Source: Eledone cirrhosa (Eukaryota). From it: a stretch of 64,000 nt of DNA. Under the pieces are notes generated by a model that was not told the DNA's origin, searched no databases, and saw only the letters and a program-made list of their open reading frames with translations. Both the position numbers and the translations under genes were made by a program. The DNA lies in contig OZ024740.1 of assembly GCA_964016885.1 (NCBI GenBank), positions 75,330,001 to 75,394,000 of the forward strand, written 5' to 3'. Numbering within the stretch: the first letter of the stretch is position 1; every line of letters starts with the position of its first letter. This document shows, piece by piece, positions 1 to 13,089 of this stretch.

Positions 1-199
1 GTTTTCAAAATTTTCTTCGAATCATATCAGTTGCTTTTATATATGAGGCGAGTATCTCTCCTTGCTCTTCCAGAGGAAGCCATATTAAATTACGAGTAAA
101 CAATATCTGCTAAATATATTGAACGTTTAAGACAAACGTTATTTTTCGACATCAGATTAAGATTGCCTTTGTTGAAAACATTAGCCAAAAATAACTTTT

Positions 200-965
200 T
201 TTCCTCAAATATCTAAATATTCTCCGGAGCTGGCAAACAACAGCAGTACTGAATGGTAGGTTCTTTGTCCTGATACACAAAGGGAGATCATTCTGATTTT
301 ATATGGAAGTCGCTCCCGAGATTCAACAATAGATGGACTTGTAGAAAGTTTCTGCCACGATCTCCGATCGGTGGTTATTGCTCTGGTGAAGATCAGCCTC
401 GTGATCAACAAGTCGGAGGTCATGAACGTAAATTACGAGCAGACTGAACCTGATCAACGTTCATCCGGCCCTCTTCCTGTGGCAGAATTGCTTCGCCATG
501 CCAAAGCTTCTCTACGCCTTCTGCAGTGTCCCTTGCTATAGAAATGCATCTCTTCTCATGGACCTCGACGCCGGTATCCGGTGAGCTTCTGAGGACATAT
601 GAAACATCCGGTTTGATGACACCGGGTGGCAACGGGCCACATCCGTCAGATACAATGGCCTTGGTCTTCAGTATCCAGTTTCACTGGCCTTGCAGGCATT
701 TCTTTTGTCGGTAATATCTTGCTGTGTCCTCATCAATAAGGTTCTTCACAACACAATGGAACCTACTGTGATCGGGGAACGCGAGGCGACTTACTTGACT
801 TGGAACCAGCTCTGCCTCCGCCCTGTGAATGTACGTAGACGCCCATTCCCCCCTAAAACAAGTGGGACGCCATCCAGTGTAACGTGGCCTCAGACAGGCT
901 GGCGCGCCGGCTTGATCTGCACCATCTGGTATGTTTTCGCTCGTGGTACGCTCGCTCGCCACTGG
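200..965 (-). mobile_element. Degenerate Gypsy-like gag/protease remnant
   Basis: Minus-strand peptide AEAELVPSQVSRLAFPDHSRFHCVVKNLIDEDTA resembles the Gypsy gag N-terminus (QAEAQF..TKF.YVV..LD..TA). RLIFTRAITTDRRSWQK resembles the protease approach. Possible PBS (CA-G-TGGCGAG) near 955-966. Frames are disrupted. Confidence 0.45.
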
Positions 966-2789
966 TACTCAACTAGACAGTGACATCGAAAATCCAGAAT
1001 AGAGATCAGAGACAATAACCAAATCAATTATTGATCTCTGTATATTAACTCCCTTATTTTAACGTTGTTACTTCAATGCTTCCAAAGTAATATGTTATAC
1101 CTTAATAGTTTTCTATATTAAAAAATTTAATCTGCAATCCTCCTTGAGTCGTAATTATTAGTAAATTGCATTCATAGGTATTATGTATTCTAATGGATCG
1201 TCTATCTGTGAGCTCATCCTGCATGTGGAGTCGAAGCGGAAACATATATGGTGTACCTTGAGCATTTTAAACTTCCCGAAGCCGATCTCTGACCAGGTTT
1301 GCCTAGAAGTGGAAGAAAAGAAAATGAAAGATAAGAAGAATCGACCACAGTACTAAACCAATATTTAATACCACAAAAGTACAACCGGAAAATTTAACCT
1401 CCGTGCGATTTCAAACTCAGAACGCAGAAAGACTGAAGAAATACTACTGAGCACTATATTACCGTTCTAACAGCAGTGCTAGTTCACTGCCTGCCAATAG
1501 GTTGTGTGCCAATGGGATTATTTCTTGGTAGATCATATTGCAGGAATTCCGAAATAGCGCCCTCCTCTTCTATAATGTGTATCGCTGTCAATGTATTCCC
1601 ATCTGAACATATTTTAAATCAGAAGAAAATACGCAAAATTTCAAATATGAATCATGTGGACCTTCAAGATGATTAACAATCAGCTGCACAATATATCTAC
1701 GCACTCGAAATATATTTTATGACGACGTTCGACCTGCTCGAATTAGCAACTAAACCTACCTAAAATTACACCCCAAGGAAAGAACGTATTAGTTAATGTT
1801 GTCCTACGTATCCCTAATAGATAGGGTGGACCTGGTTGTAATCACTGGTCTACTAGATCCCAGGGTTAACATGGGGCTAAATCACAGCACATAAAGGTGT
1901 AAGTTTACTACATAAAATTATTACTATATTAGGATAGTGTTATTTTACCCTCTATTGTGGTTACGGTACTATAATTTGGGTACTCTTGTTGTTCATGTTT
2001 CCCAGTTAACCATATGATTATTCCTTTATTATAACTAAGGGCTGTAAATGGAATTTGATTCTACTTGTATTTACCAAAGAAACCAAAATTACGAAGCATA
2101 AAATCTAACAAAGGCGACATAAAATATTGTTTTTATCGGCAAAAGTTATGCTGGTTGAACTTTAATATGAAAGTTTTAGGACATAGCTTTGTGAAGACCC
2201 TAGTTGAAACTTTGGATCCATCGAAGTAAAGATGATGTCTAGAAAGGTATTTTCTAATATCATAATATAATGATGAGTAACACATGAACCTCATTTTTCC
2301 TAATTTATCTTTATCATTATACATACTTTGGAGAACCTAGAGACGAAATATAATCACTAAAATGTTTGTTTCGATGGTTAGTGATATTTGTATATGAAAT
2401 AAAAAAATATTTTAACAGAAGTCGAGGGTTCGGAATTTTCAACTGCATCTCACAAGCTCAGAAGGAACCAATATATGTCACTTGATATTACTAGATAGTC
2501 TGTATGTGTCACTTCAAATGTACAAGAGAGTCTATATACGTCATTTCATATGTACGAGGAAGCATATAATGCCACTTGATGTCCTGAAAATACTGGATAT
2601 TGTAATCTGTGGCATACAAAAACGGAATAGTCATGGCTGGAACACACTTAAGCATGGTTCTGCTGAATGATAGCTGACTTATGACAAACATCAACAACAG
2701 TGACAACAACACAAACAGCAACAACAACAACAACTTCTCATCAATAACTCATATTTCTTTAATAAATACCTATAGCTATTTTTGAAATA

Positions 2790-2926
2790 CCGTGTGTGTG
2801 TAATATATATATGTATACACACACAGAAATATATATATATACACACAGAAATATATATACATTTCTGTGTGTGTAATATATATATATATATATACACACA
2901 GAAATATATATACATTTCTATGTGTG

Positions 2927-2971
<45 letters not shown>

Positions 2972-2998
2972 GAATATATATACATTTCTATGTGTGTA

Positions 2999-3031
<33 letters not shown>

Positions 3032-3075
3032 GAATATATATACATTTCTGTGTGTGTAATATATATATATATATA
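2790..3075. repeat. Tandem array of ~50-65-bp self-complementary units
   Basis: Repeated unit acacacagaaatatatatacatttctgtgtgtgtaatata, separated by (TA)n. Confidence 0.8.
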
Positions 3076-3111
3076 CTAGCAGAAAACCACCCGTGGGCGG
3101 TTTTCTGCTAG

Positions 3112-3724
3112 TCTATATATCTAAAACAGAGAATGTCTGTCTGTCTGACTCCCTAAAACTCGAGAACCACCCAACCGATTGTTTTCAAACTTTACACGCG
3201 TAATACTTATGGTCCTGTGAGTGTTATGAGCAAAAGATATTTCAAATTTTCAATGCCTTAGGGACCACATTAGGCGATTTAGCGATCTCTCTCTATAATT
3301 CTTAGTCTTTCTTTTTAGATAGATACATAGATATAACGTTGCGCCCTTATAATATCTGTCTGTATGTCTGGCTGTCTGCATTACGACATTATGACGCTAT
3401 ATGTGTGTGTGTATATATGTATATATAGTGTGTGTATATATATAGTGTGTAACGTTTTTCGAAATATTTACTTCTGTGTTCACAGATTGATTTTTTTAAT
3501 TTCAGAAGATCCTGTTATGGGTGAAAGCAGCGATTCTTTGCTTAAACTTTAATCTGTTATTTTAATATATATATATATATATATTTGTGTACAGATATTT
3601 GTGCATACACAATAACAAAATATAAACAAACGTATTTATTTCACGAGGCTCGATAAGGATAAATATATATCATATATATAAGAACCCTAGAGCAATTCCG
3701 AGCAACGCCAGGCTATTCTGCTAG
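3112..3724 (+). mobile_element. Non-autonomous Helitron
   Basis: 5' TCTATATATCTAAAAC, (GTCT)n and AACCGATT..AAACTT subterminal motif. 3' end CCGAGCAACGCCAGGCTATTCTGCTAG-T. Confidence 0.7.
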
Positions 3725-4204
3725 TATATACCTAAATGTATCACATGTGTAAACCAGAATGTTTTAAGTCTCAAGGTGAAAAACGCTTTGATACACAATG
3801 TGTAATATAACTATACGTTTTAGTATTTGCCACATGTGGCTATATCATACTCAGAACATTTGTTCTTGTCCGAACACGGAAATGAACATACCTGGTTAGT
3901 CGTGAGATAAATGACTGGGCGTACCGAAAACGATAAATGGAAAAAATGAAATTGAAATTTAATTTCTAACTCTTAGTACGGCTGATACTTAAATATAAGC
4001 ATGTATACGTACATACATATATGTATACAGACGTACAGTAGTATGTATATACATACATACATGTACACATATATATATATATATACGTATGGGTTTACCG
4101 AACATTTATTATAGTGTTCGGTTTGTTTGTAAGCAAACAGCCCAAATTAAGCCGTACAGTGTTCGGCAACCATCGTTGCCCTTTTGTTCAACACTGACAA
4201 AGGA

Positions 4205-4247
4205 ACGATGAACTAGTTTCTTGCTTCTTAGCTGTCATCAGCACCGT
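4205..4247 (-). ncRNA. Type I hammerhead ribozyme
   Basis: Reverse-complement copy of the 4393-4435 motif. Confidence 0.75.
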
Positions 4248-4392
4248 ATACCTTCCATCATTTTTTCCATTTATCGTTTTTGGTATGCCCGGCCGACTAA
4301 CTGACTCGATATGCAAATTAGGCTACTCAGCCGTTAATATGCATAAGGAAAGTATATTCTTTCAAACGTTCAATCAACTGGCAGGAAGGTAT

Positions 4393-4435
4393 ACGGTGCT
4401 GATGACAGCTAAGAAGCTAGAAACTAGTTCATCGT
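4393..4435 (+). ncRNA. Type I hammerhead ribozyme
   Basis: acggtg-CTGATGA-cagctaagaagcta-GAAA-cTAg-TT-catcgt. Stem I acggtg/catcgt, GUU triplet. Confidence 0.8.
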
Positions 4436-4700
4436 TCCTTTTTCAGTGTTGAACAAAAGGGCAACGATGGTTGCCGAACACTGTACGGCTTAATTCGGGC
4501 TGTTTGTTTACAAACAAACCGAAAATTATAATAAATGTTCGGTAAACCCATACGTACATATATATATATATTTGTACATGTATGTATGTATATACATACT
4601 ACTGTACGTCTGTATACATATATGTATGTACGTATACATGCTTATATTTAAGTATCAGCCGTACTAAGAGTGAGAAATGAAATTTCAATTTCATATTTTC

Positions 4701-4760
<60 letters not shown>

Positions 4761-5660
4761 GCTATAAGTTATTGTTTTGTCTTATCTCTTACTCGATGGA
4801 CAACGTTTTGGCTTGTACCAAACGCCGTGACCCCTGATGGACCAGCAGTACCGTTGGTAGGAGTCGAAACTGCCAAAGTCCATCTCAACATCTGAAGACC
4901 TTAGAGTCCTCTGTCTTTCGTTTATATTTTTATTTTCAAAAAATTATTGTTTTTCTTTTTGACTTGTTTTCATTCGTTACCTTGTCTTCTCTTTGTAAAT
5001 TCTCCTAAGTGTATATATACATATAGTATATATACATATATATGTGTATATAAACTCATGTATAAGTCACCTTTTCTCTATGTAAACCTTAATTCAGTCC
5101 GGGACTCTTGACTGGCATTTCAAGATATTGAGTTCAAATTTACCAACACGTCAGTTGGCAAAATGTCGCCACTCCAGTATACAGATATCATTATCTCCAA
5201 CAACGTAATAAACACACACCAGATACAAAATGTCGCTCGCCTGTTTTTTTTTTGGTTTGCTTTTATTATGTTTTTTTATCATGCGATGCTATAAGGTTAT
5301 CTGTTTACTGCCTGGGCCACTGCTTGCTCTATCTGACATACCTAGTCTAAATCTAACTTCCTACCAAACAGAATATACTGATATCATGGTGAGTTTATGT
5401 ATGTATATGTCTCAATGCTTCTGTATGTGTATGTGTAATGTATGTATGTGTGCGTGTGTATATGTATGTATGTATCTTAACGCTTATATGTGTATATGTA
5501 TGTATACATGAGTCTCAATGCTCGTATGTGTGTATGTGTATATGTGTGTATATATATATGTATGTGTACATGCATGTATATGTGTATGTATGTGTGTGTA
5601 TGTATGTTTGTACGTATGTATATGTGTTTGTATGTGTGTTTGTATGTATGTGTATGTTTG

Positions 5661-5727
<67 letters not shown>

Positions 5728-8229
5728 CAATGCCTGTATGAGTGTATGTGCGATTGTGTATTTGTTTCCCAGGGCATAAATTTGACTCAAGAAAAATCGT
5801 AAGATATTCTGATTTATCGCGTCTGCAATAACGATTTCTTTTTAAATTGACCTTGATAACAAATAGTTCAGTTAAGTCATTCAGTTCTGATTTTGCTTCC
5901 CAAACCATTCCTTATTCAAACATCTGATCTCATTTATTTATTTTCTTGTTTGTTTGGTTGTTTATAAAAACAAATTTCTTGAAGACTACTCTGATTTATT
6001 ACAATTTCCATACCTGCACGGCGTGGTCAAAGCCTGTGTTTATACCAGTTTTATGTGTGTGTTAAGCGACGCCAGTTCATGGCAGGGCTAACTCTCACCT
6101 GCTACTGGTATTAATCTTCGAGTTTGTAAACTGGATCAACGTTAAATGAAGTGTGTTGCTCAAGGACACAACGTATCAGTCAGTCTGGTAATCGAATACA
6201 CAACCTTATGATTGTAGGATCAACTCTCTTTCCACTAGGCACCGTGTTTCAAATTCAAATTAATATTTAAATGTGAGTATATCTGATATTTCTTTTTACA
6301 ATTTAGTCAGGGATAGAAGGCCAGGGCCTATGATCTCTTTGTATTTTTTCAGGATCCGAGACTTGTAGAAGGGAGAGAGATAGTTATCCTCAAACCGGAT
6401 ACTTGACCCGAATGCTTACAAAAGAGTGAACTATGCTAAAGGAACCCAGGTAACAGATTGGGGACCATTAAACCGGGTGATGAATTAAGTCTATCACTCA
6501 AGAACCCAGCGCATAAAGTCTCGGAACAAATGCATCAAAACATTTGGTCTAACAATCCCATTAATCTACCGGTTTGGACTGATACATTATTTCATTGACC
6601 TTTGAAAGGGGTTTAAACTCTGACCTCAGAGACCCAGAACACATATAACAAGGCATAATTTTCAACACCCCACGGATTCGGTGCCTATATTAATTATGTT
6701 ATATTAAATGGGCCGCCATTGGTTCTGGTGATGAGTATTACAGTGGGTTCGATTAACGGAATAGCCGATAAATTAACGTATACGTGGCTGAGTATTTCAC
6801 CGAATTGTACACCTTTAACGTAATCCCCAAAGGAGTCTCATCGTGACACAATATGTGACATGGCTGGTCCTATGAATTACAAGAACAGTCCATCCAGGGG
6901 TCTTCTAAAACAAAAACACCACCCTGTCCTAGGTATAGAGCCTGTCACTCTCGCCAATTCCTCCTCTCTTTCTTCTGTGGCCTAATAGTCCTGGCTTTTC
7001 CCTCCCTTTCCTCTCATTTATAGTCCTTTCCTCTACTTTCCTATACAGCCAGATCTGCCTTCTTTACCCCCCCCCCCCCTCCTTCGTTCATTACTTAATT
7101 TTGTTTTATCTTTGTTTTTCATATTTCTATCATTATATTACTTTTTTTTGTAAAATACAGTTGACGTAATTTTTGTACTTTCAAGTTAAGAAAAGAAAAA
7201 TCCACTCCAATTTAACTCACAAGGCTTCTGGCGACCCGTTGCTATGGTAAATGGCATTTACCCAAGATGTCAGGTAGTGAAATCGAATCCAGGAACCAGT
7301 TATTGTGAATCGAACTTATTAATCATCGGCTATGCTGCGTCCACAAATTAGGTTATTATAGATTATTGTATTTCATATAAAATTAGAGCACCAATAACTT
7401 AAGTGTGTTAAACTAGGATTCATCTATCACTTATATTAATTAATCTTAAATATTATGTTAACAACTGCAATGAAGTTTACCTAAAAACCGTTATATGGAA
7501 TAGATTATCAAATATATCAAATATTGAACCTGGTCTAGAGGAAATCTGCCATGTATACCTATATACAAGCCATTAGTTAATCCTGAATATATATGATAGC
7601 TATAAACCTTAGTTTTATTGACTGGATGTATATATATTTTCACCTGGTTGTTACGGTAATCATCATCGTCATAATCGTTTTTACGTCCGCTTTTGCATGG
7701 GTTGGACGGGTCCTTCTCAGCAAATAGTAAATGATAAAAATATTGCTGCAGACTGAAGATATCGTTTAATACAACTAGAGATAAAAAAAAAAGAGTAGAG
7801 CATGTAAATTAACTTTCAGAGATTAATTCCGAATTTCTTGAAATTATCTCCCCTTTGAGTGGCAATAATAATTGGCACTAGGTCTTTTGGGGTTTTCTTT
7901 CTCCAACTAAGTAAGATATTTCAACGGCATTCAGTATATCACCCTTTAAAGTATACAAATAATGGAGGAGGTTGTCCGTACTTAACTTGAAGTTTATCGT
8001 TTCAATTGCATTATTGGAACTGGCGAAAAACGCTTAATGATTCCGGATTTTTTTTTTTTTTTTTTTGCTTTTTGTTCGATAGGTGATATAACTACCAACA
8101 TATTTCTATCTCATACATAGAGTTTGCTGTGCTGTAATTTAGCAATATCAGAAATTTCCGCGTCCTTTCGTCATGTAATTTGTTTTTAATCAATATCATC
8201 CGACTATAGTAATCATAATGAATCTTAAT

Positions 8230-8590
8230 TTAGGTACAATGCCAGTAACTTGTAGGGAAGGATATGTCGTTTAGACCGACATAATAAGTACTTTACAAAT
8301 ACTTTATTTTATGGACCCAGGAAGGATGAAAGGTAAAGTTGACCTCAGCGAGATTGGAAAATAGAACTTAAAGGCTGTAACTATATTCCGCAAAGCATTT
8401 TATCTGACTCTCTACCGATAGTAATGATATGGGTTTCTGATTTAGGCACATTAAATCGAGCCCAGTGCATTACTGGTGCTTTATTTTATTGACCTCGTAA
8501 GGATGAAAGGCAAAGCTAAACTCGGCAGGATTTGAACGCAGGACGTAAAAGGTTGTAACCCTATACTGCCAATCCACCGCCATCACTGGC
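8230..8590 (-). mobile_element. tRNA-derived SINE, two degenerate copies
   Basis: Shares gcctttcatcc..gggtc..taaaataaag.acc.gt core and B-box gttcaaatcc. Confidence 0.65.
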
Positions 8591-9899
8591 AGTAATGATA
8601 ATGATTGTGCTAAACTATCGATTTCGCAGAACGTTAGATAGAATGCTTTGCGATATTCTTTCGTCTCTTTGTGCTTTGCGTTCAAATCCCATCGTGGGTC
8701 ACTTACCTTTTACCCTTTCTGGATCAATAAAGAAATACAAGCAATATGAAAACGGTAGATGTGAAGCAAAATTAAAAGAAGGATTGACAAATCTAGAAAG
8801 TCATTTGAAAATTTCAAACATCTTGAAATATAACAGTCGAGTTCGGAAAAAAAATGAGTGTTAAAATGTTACATATGGCCCCTTTAATATGAGCCAGAAA
8901 CTTGGACATATTATCAGATAGATTGGGATGGACACAGCTTCTAGGCATGGTTAATGAAATCAGCTTTCTCTTGAAACTGTGACCACCGCAACACTTAGAA
9001 GAACTCAATGATCATGCGAGATTTTTACGTTTTATAAAACTTCAAGCAAACACACACACACACACATACACACGCACACGCACACGCACACACGCGCGCG
9101 CACACACAACGCCCGTGCGTGTGCATCATCCCGGTCATGGGCGCTTCCCTTCCTCTTCTTGAATAAATCATAGGAATAAGAGAACATGTTTACGTAATTT
9201 GTATATTTTGATTTTTGTTAAAGTCATTATATCAAGAAGTTACAACCTTTTTAGTATGGTATTGAGTCATTATTTACACTATTCGTGACACTTAAGTAGA
9301 AGCGGGGAAAAGGGCGTTTGATTAAAACAATATCAGTGTGTTTTAAAAGGCGGTATTATCGATAGCAGGAAATGCATATAAAGTGTGTGATTTGTCATTA
9401 GAATCAAAATGATAGAATTTCAAATATTCTCAAGTATCTGAAGTGTTTTACAGTGACGAACAAAATCTAAAATCTAAGATCCCATTGTCAGGCCCGCAGA
9501 TGTGAATTGTAGGCCCCTATTCAATTGGCTGCAGCCATGCTTCCTCTGTATATCTGGAACTACATCTAATGTATCCTTTCTCTTTTAAGAAGACGTGTTT
9601 CGAGTGAGTTTTGTTGTAGATGCTCACTTATTATCTCAGATAATGAAGTAAGAAAAGCTATTTCTAGAAAGGTAGGATTCGGTGATTTATTTAGTGCATG
9701 TGCACCATTCTCTGTTAGGAAAACTTAAAAGGTAAAAGTAATAGTTAGATGTTATATATACAAGATATATACCTAAAGGTGGTGAGTCAGGGTTGATAAA
9801 TGATCAGTGAAATGGTCCCACACAGAGGCCTGTATTTTTCTTTATCATTCTGAAAGGTTAAACTTCCTATCAATCAAGAATGAAAGAGAGAACAAAGAA

Positions 9900-11050
9900 A
9901 AAATATGAAATAAAAAGTTAAATAATGAAAATAGAGTAAAGGAAAAGGAAGGATTCAAACTCATTCTCACCAGGCAATCTCGTACGTCTTTCGAAAGAAT
10001 TGGAGAGCCAAGAATGTAGGCATAGTCCCGCAGAGCAAGATATATCTCAATCAGAACGGATCGAATGCTGTGTACAGCGTCATCATATTGAATTTCCCTG
10101 TAACTCTTATTTATCACCTCAGACTCTAACGAGTTAATCTCGAGTTTGAGAAGCAATAGGGCTAGAATAATGTTTTAAAAGTCCTCAAAGACGGACTCAA
10201 CTGGGCCACCCAATGTTGTGTCGTCCAGATACCACATATTGAACGACGAAACAACAATGACAATCAACGAAAGGAAGAGCAGACCGTGTGGGACACTTTG
10301 CTGAATACCTGTGGTAGATGTATTCTGCGTGTCCTGTAAAAGGCAGATAATCCATAGGGAGAATCAAAGGGACCTGTTTCTAGCATACCTCTAGGATAGG
10401 TCGCACCTAACACTACTAAAGGCGGTTTGCATGTCCAACATGTCTAGGAGATGACGTGACGTTGGAAGTGCGCATGCTCAATGAAGTGTCTGGCCGTATG
10501 GACATCTGCCTCACATTAATATGTAATCCCTACTTCGAGTTGGATAAGCTTCAGCTCCTCGCTGAGGTGCCTCACAACTGATTTGCCGGCTAATTTGGCC
10601 GCGAATTGCCAAAAGACTTTGCTCACTGCAGTCGGAATTGCTGAGAAGAACGGAAAGCGGGCATGATGGGGCAGGTTATCTTGAAGGATATTGCTCGTTA
10701 GAGCAGAAATCAGTCGAAGAAGACGTACTCCAAATCCAGCAGCAGAATGTGAGGAAGTTAAATCTCTGAAATGACTGGTTTGCAAGCCATCCATCTCACT
10801 ATTGCTGATACCATGAAAGGATGTCAGGCCAGTACCACTCCCCGCTTCTTTGGAGTAGGACAAGGAAATATGACTGGCAGGAACTTGGGTGTTTTTCACA
10901 TCAGTCGAAGATTTAAATGTTTTAGGAAGAGAGTGGTTAAGACTTCCTGTGTGAACCAAGGGACCGTGTCGTTCGAAGTCAGCTTACGCACTGCGACAGA
11001 AACGTTATTCTCAACTAATTTGCAATTGAGACAGTCACGGATACGTTCCG
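9900..11050 (-). mobile_element. Degenerate CRE-like non-LTR retrotransposon RT
   Basis: Minus-strand translations MDGLQTSHFRDL, AIPTAVSKVFWQFAAKL..IQLEVGITY*CEADVHTAR and FNMWYLDDTTLGGPVESVFEDF (WYLDD-type catalytic motif). Confidence 0.7.
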
Positions 11051-11539
11051 TGTCGTCCACGGGAGTCGGTGCGCGTGGGTAGCTGGAATGATAAGAGAAG
11101 CTAACTGAAGAGGGGTGACAGAAAGAAGAAGGGTGGGGTGGGGGCTGGGGGCTCGAGTTCTCCTAAAGCACTGGGATCACGGGTGCGAGGGTTACGAAAC
11201 AGAACAGGCAGTTTCAATCTTGCGATTTAATGCGTTAGATCGCATTAAATAAAATTAAATAAATAAGTCATTAAATTTATTAAGTATGTAAAGAGTTAAG
11301 CCAGCGTAAAGAAATGTCGTAAATAACTCTGTTGTTAATTCATGTTTCTGCATTAACGTATCAAATGTCAGCAGGAGAAATGGAGCTATATCATATCTAA
11401 AGCATTTCACATACAAAACAATATTTATATACATTTAAAATCATAAATAACCAGCCTTGCTATGGAATGAAACTTGGAGATATTTCATTTTATCTGTCTG
11501 GAAGAAGGGCATATCTCAAACCCTTCGTATGCTCTCTGT

Positions 11540-11800
11540 GGCCACTGAAATTGATGCTATTAACGTTCCACTTAAACAGTTGCAATTAGACGACCGCAGG
11601 AGGACATGGACAGGGACGGATTTCCAAAGGGTCGGTGTTGAAAGGAAACAGGACTTGGTATAGCTGTTAGTGTGAAGAAGGAGGTGGGGTGCTAAACATA
11701 ATATGGGTGATGAAAAGAGGACAAACGTTTGGTTCAAGGTTTTCTGAATGGAGATGGCATGAAGTCAGTAATGGTGAGAGAGGAAACAGTATGTTTGTTG
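11540..11800 (-). mobile_element. CR1/L2-like LINE 3' remnant
   Basis: HTNSYTKSCFLSTPTLWKSVPVHV resembles the CR1 C-terminal SF.P.T..LWN.LP motif. Confidence 0.45.
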
Positions 11801-12656
11801 GCCTGAGGCTAGAGCGTTTCTGTGAGTAACTTTGTACCAATCAGTTGAGTGACTTTTCATTTGATAACACTATGTGAATATCAAACCGATTATAATTTTG
11901 GTTTCGATAATCCTCAACATAATATAACCATGATACTGAGTGGGGAAAACAGTTCGTAGATGTATAAAAAATGATTTTCTTTTTTGTTATTTGGATTAGC
12001 TAATTTTTAAATATGTGTTTGTTTGAGGAAAAAGAAGACCAATATAATACAAGACAGGATGAAAATGGAAAAGTACTTTCATAGGTTTAAAAACGTATAA
12101 TAGAATGTCTGTGGAATCAGTGACAACATTGGTAGAAAAAGAAATAGTTGAGAAAAAACACCAATTTACAATTCTATTTCGCTTAAACTCTTGAGGAAAG
12201 TATAAAAGAAACAGTATTTCATTTTATTATCCTTAAAAAATGTATCTCGCGTCTCATGACGATATAAAAACAAACAATTATTTTGCAATCATAATTAAAC
12301 GTTACTTAAAGACAATAGTGAACAATTAAAAAGAAACATGACTATGATTTTAAATAAAATATATAAACATGAGTTGTGAAAACGTGGCCTACAATCAATT
12401 TGTAGTAAAATCTAAATAAACATATCAAGTGAAATAATATCTGAGAAATAACACTGGCTTTCCTTTTATTTTTCTACATGATTATTTTTCTAAATTTTAT
12501 TTTTATGTATGTACAGTATTTTATTTGTATGTATGTATGCATGTATGTATGTATGTATGTATGTATGTATGTATGTATGTATGTATGTATGTATGTATGT
12601 ATGTATGTATGTATGTATGTATGTATGTGTATGTTTGTATGTTTGTATGTATGTAT

Positions 12657-13025
12657 GAAAACTCTGATATAACACCTGCAACTCTGATGGTATCCAATGA
12701 TGTTGACTTGTTATTCTTTTTTTGGTAAATATCATCTTGGTTAAGAGAGTGAGACTGGCTTTGTGCAGTGCCTTTGCTCACTATAAAAGCTTCACGGCAC
12801 AGGCATTGCTTTATATCTGGAGATCTCTCTGCACTTGTCGTCACATGGTACCATGGACCCAGCACTATGTGTCAATAATTGTCACAAGTGCAGTGTTTGT
12901 ACCAGAGTGTTCAAGTCGCTGGCTGGACTAAAAAGTCACACTCGTTCAGCGCATCAGTAGGGGTTCTCCTACATGGATATAAAGTAGTGGCCGTACTCGA
13001 AAACGAGTTTGCAGCCACCACCACC
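12657..13025. repeat. Dispersed module A, in (TATG)n
   Basis: Near-identical to 26345-26833 and, inverted, 32433-33013. Diverged copy at 49570-50080. Confidence 0.85.
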
Positions 13026-13089
13026 ATGTATGTATGTATTTATGAATGTATATATGTATGTATGTATGCATGCATGCATGTATGTATGT

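Larger units (their letters stand above)
3940..4702. mobile_element. Fold-back Penelope-like pLTR fragment with two HHRs
   Basis: Inverted arms ~3940-4255 and ~4386-4702, ending next to (TA)n. Related copies at 39943-40240 and 60430-60680. Confidence 0.75.

Noticed and set aside
4828-4885. HHR-like CTGATGG..GAAACTGCCAAAGTC
   Set aside because: Core mismatch and no stem I; at best a decayed copy
6352-6449. Possible exon between tttcag and gtaaca
   Set aside because: Stops in all three frames and no partner exons found
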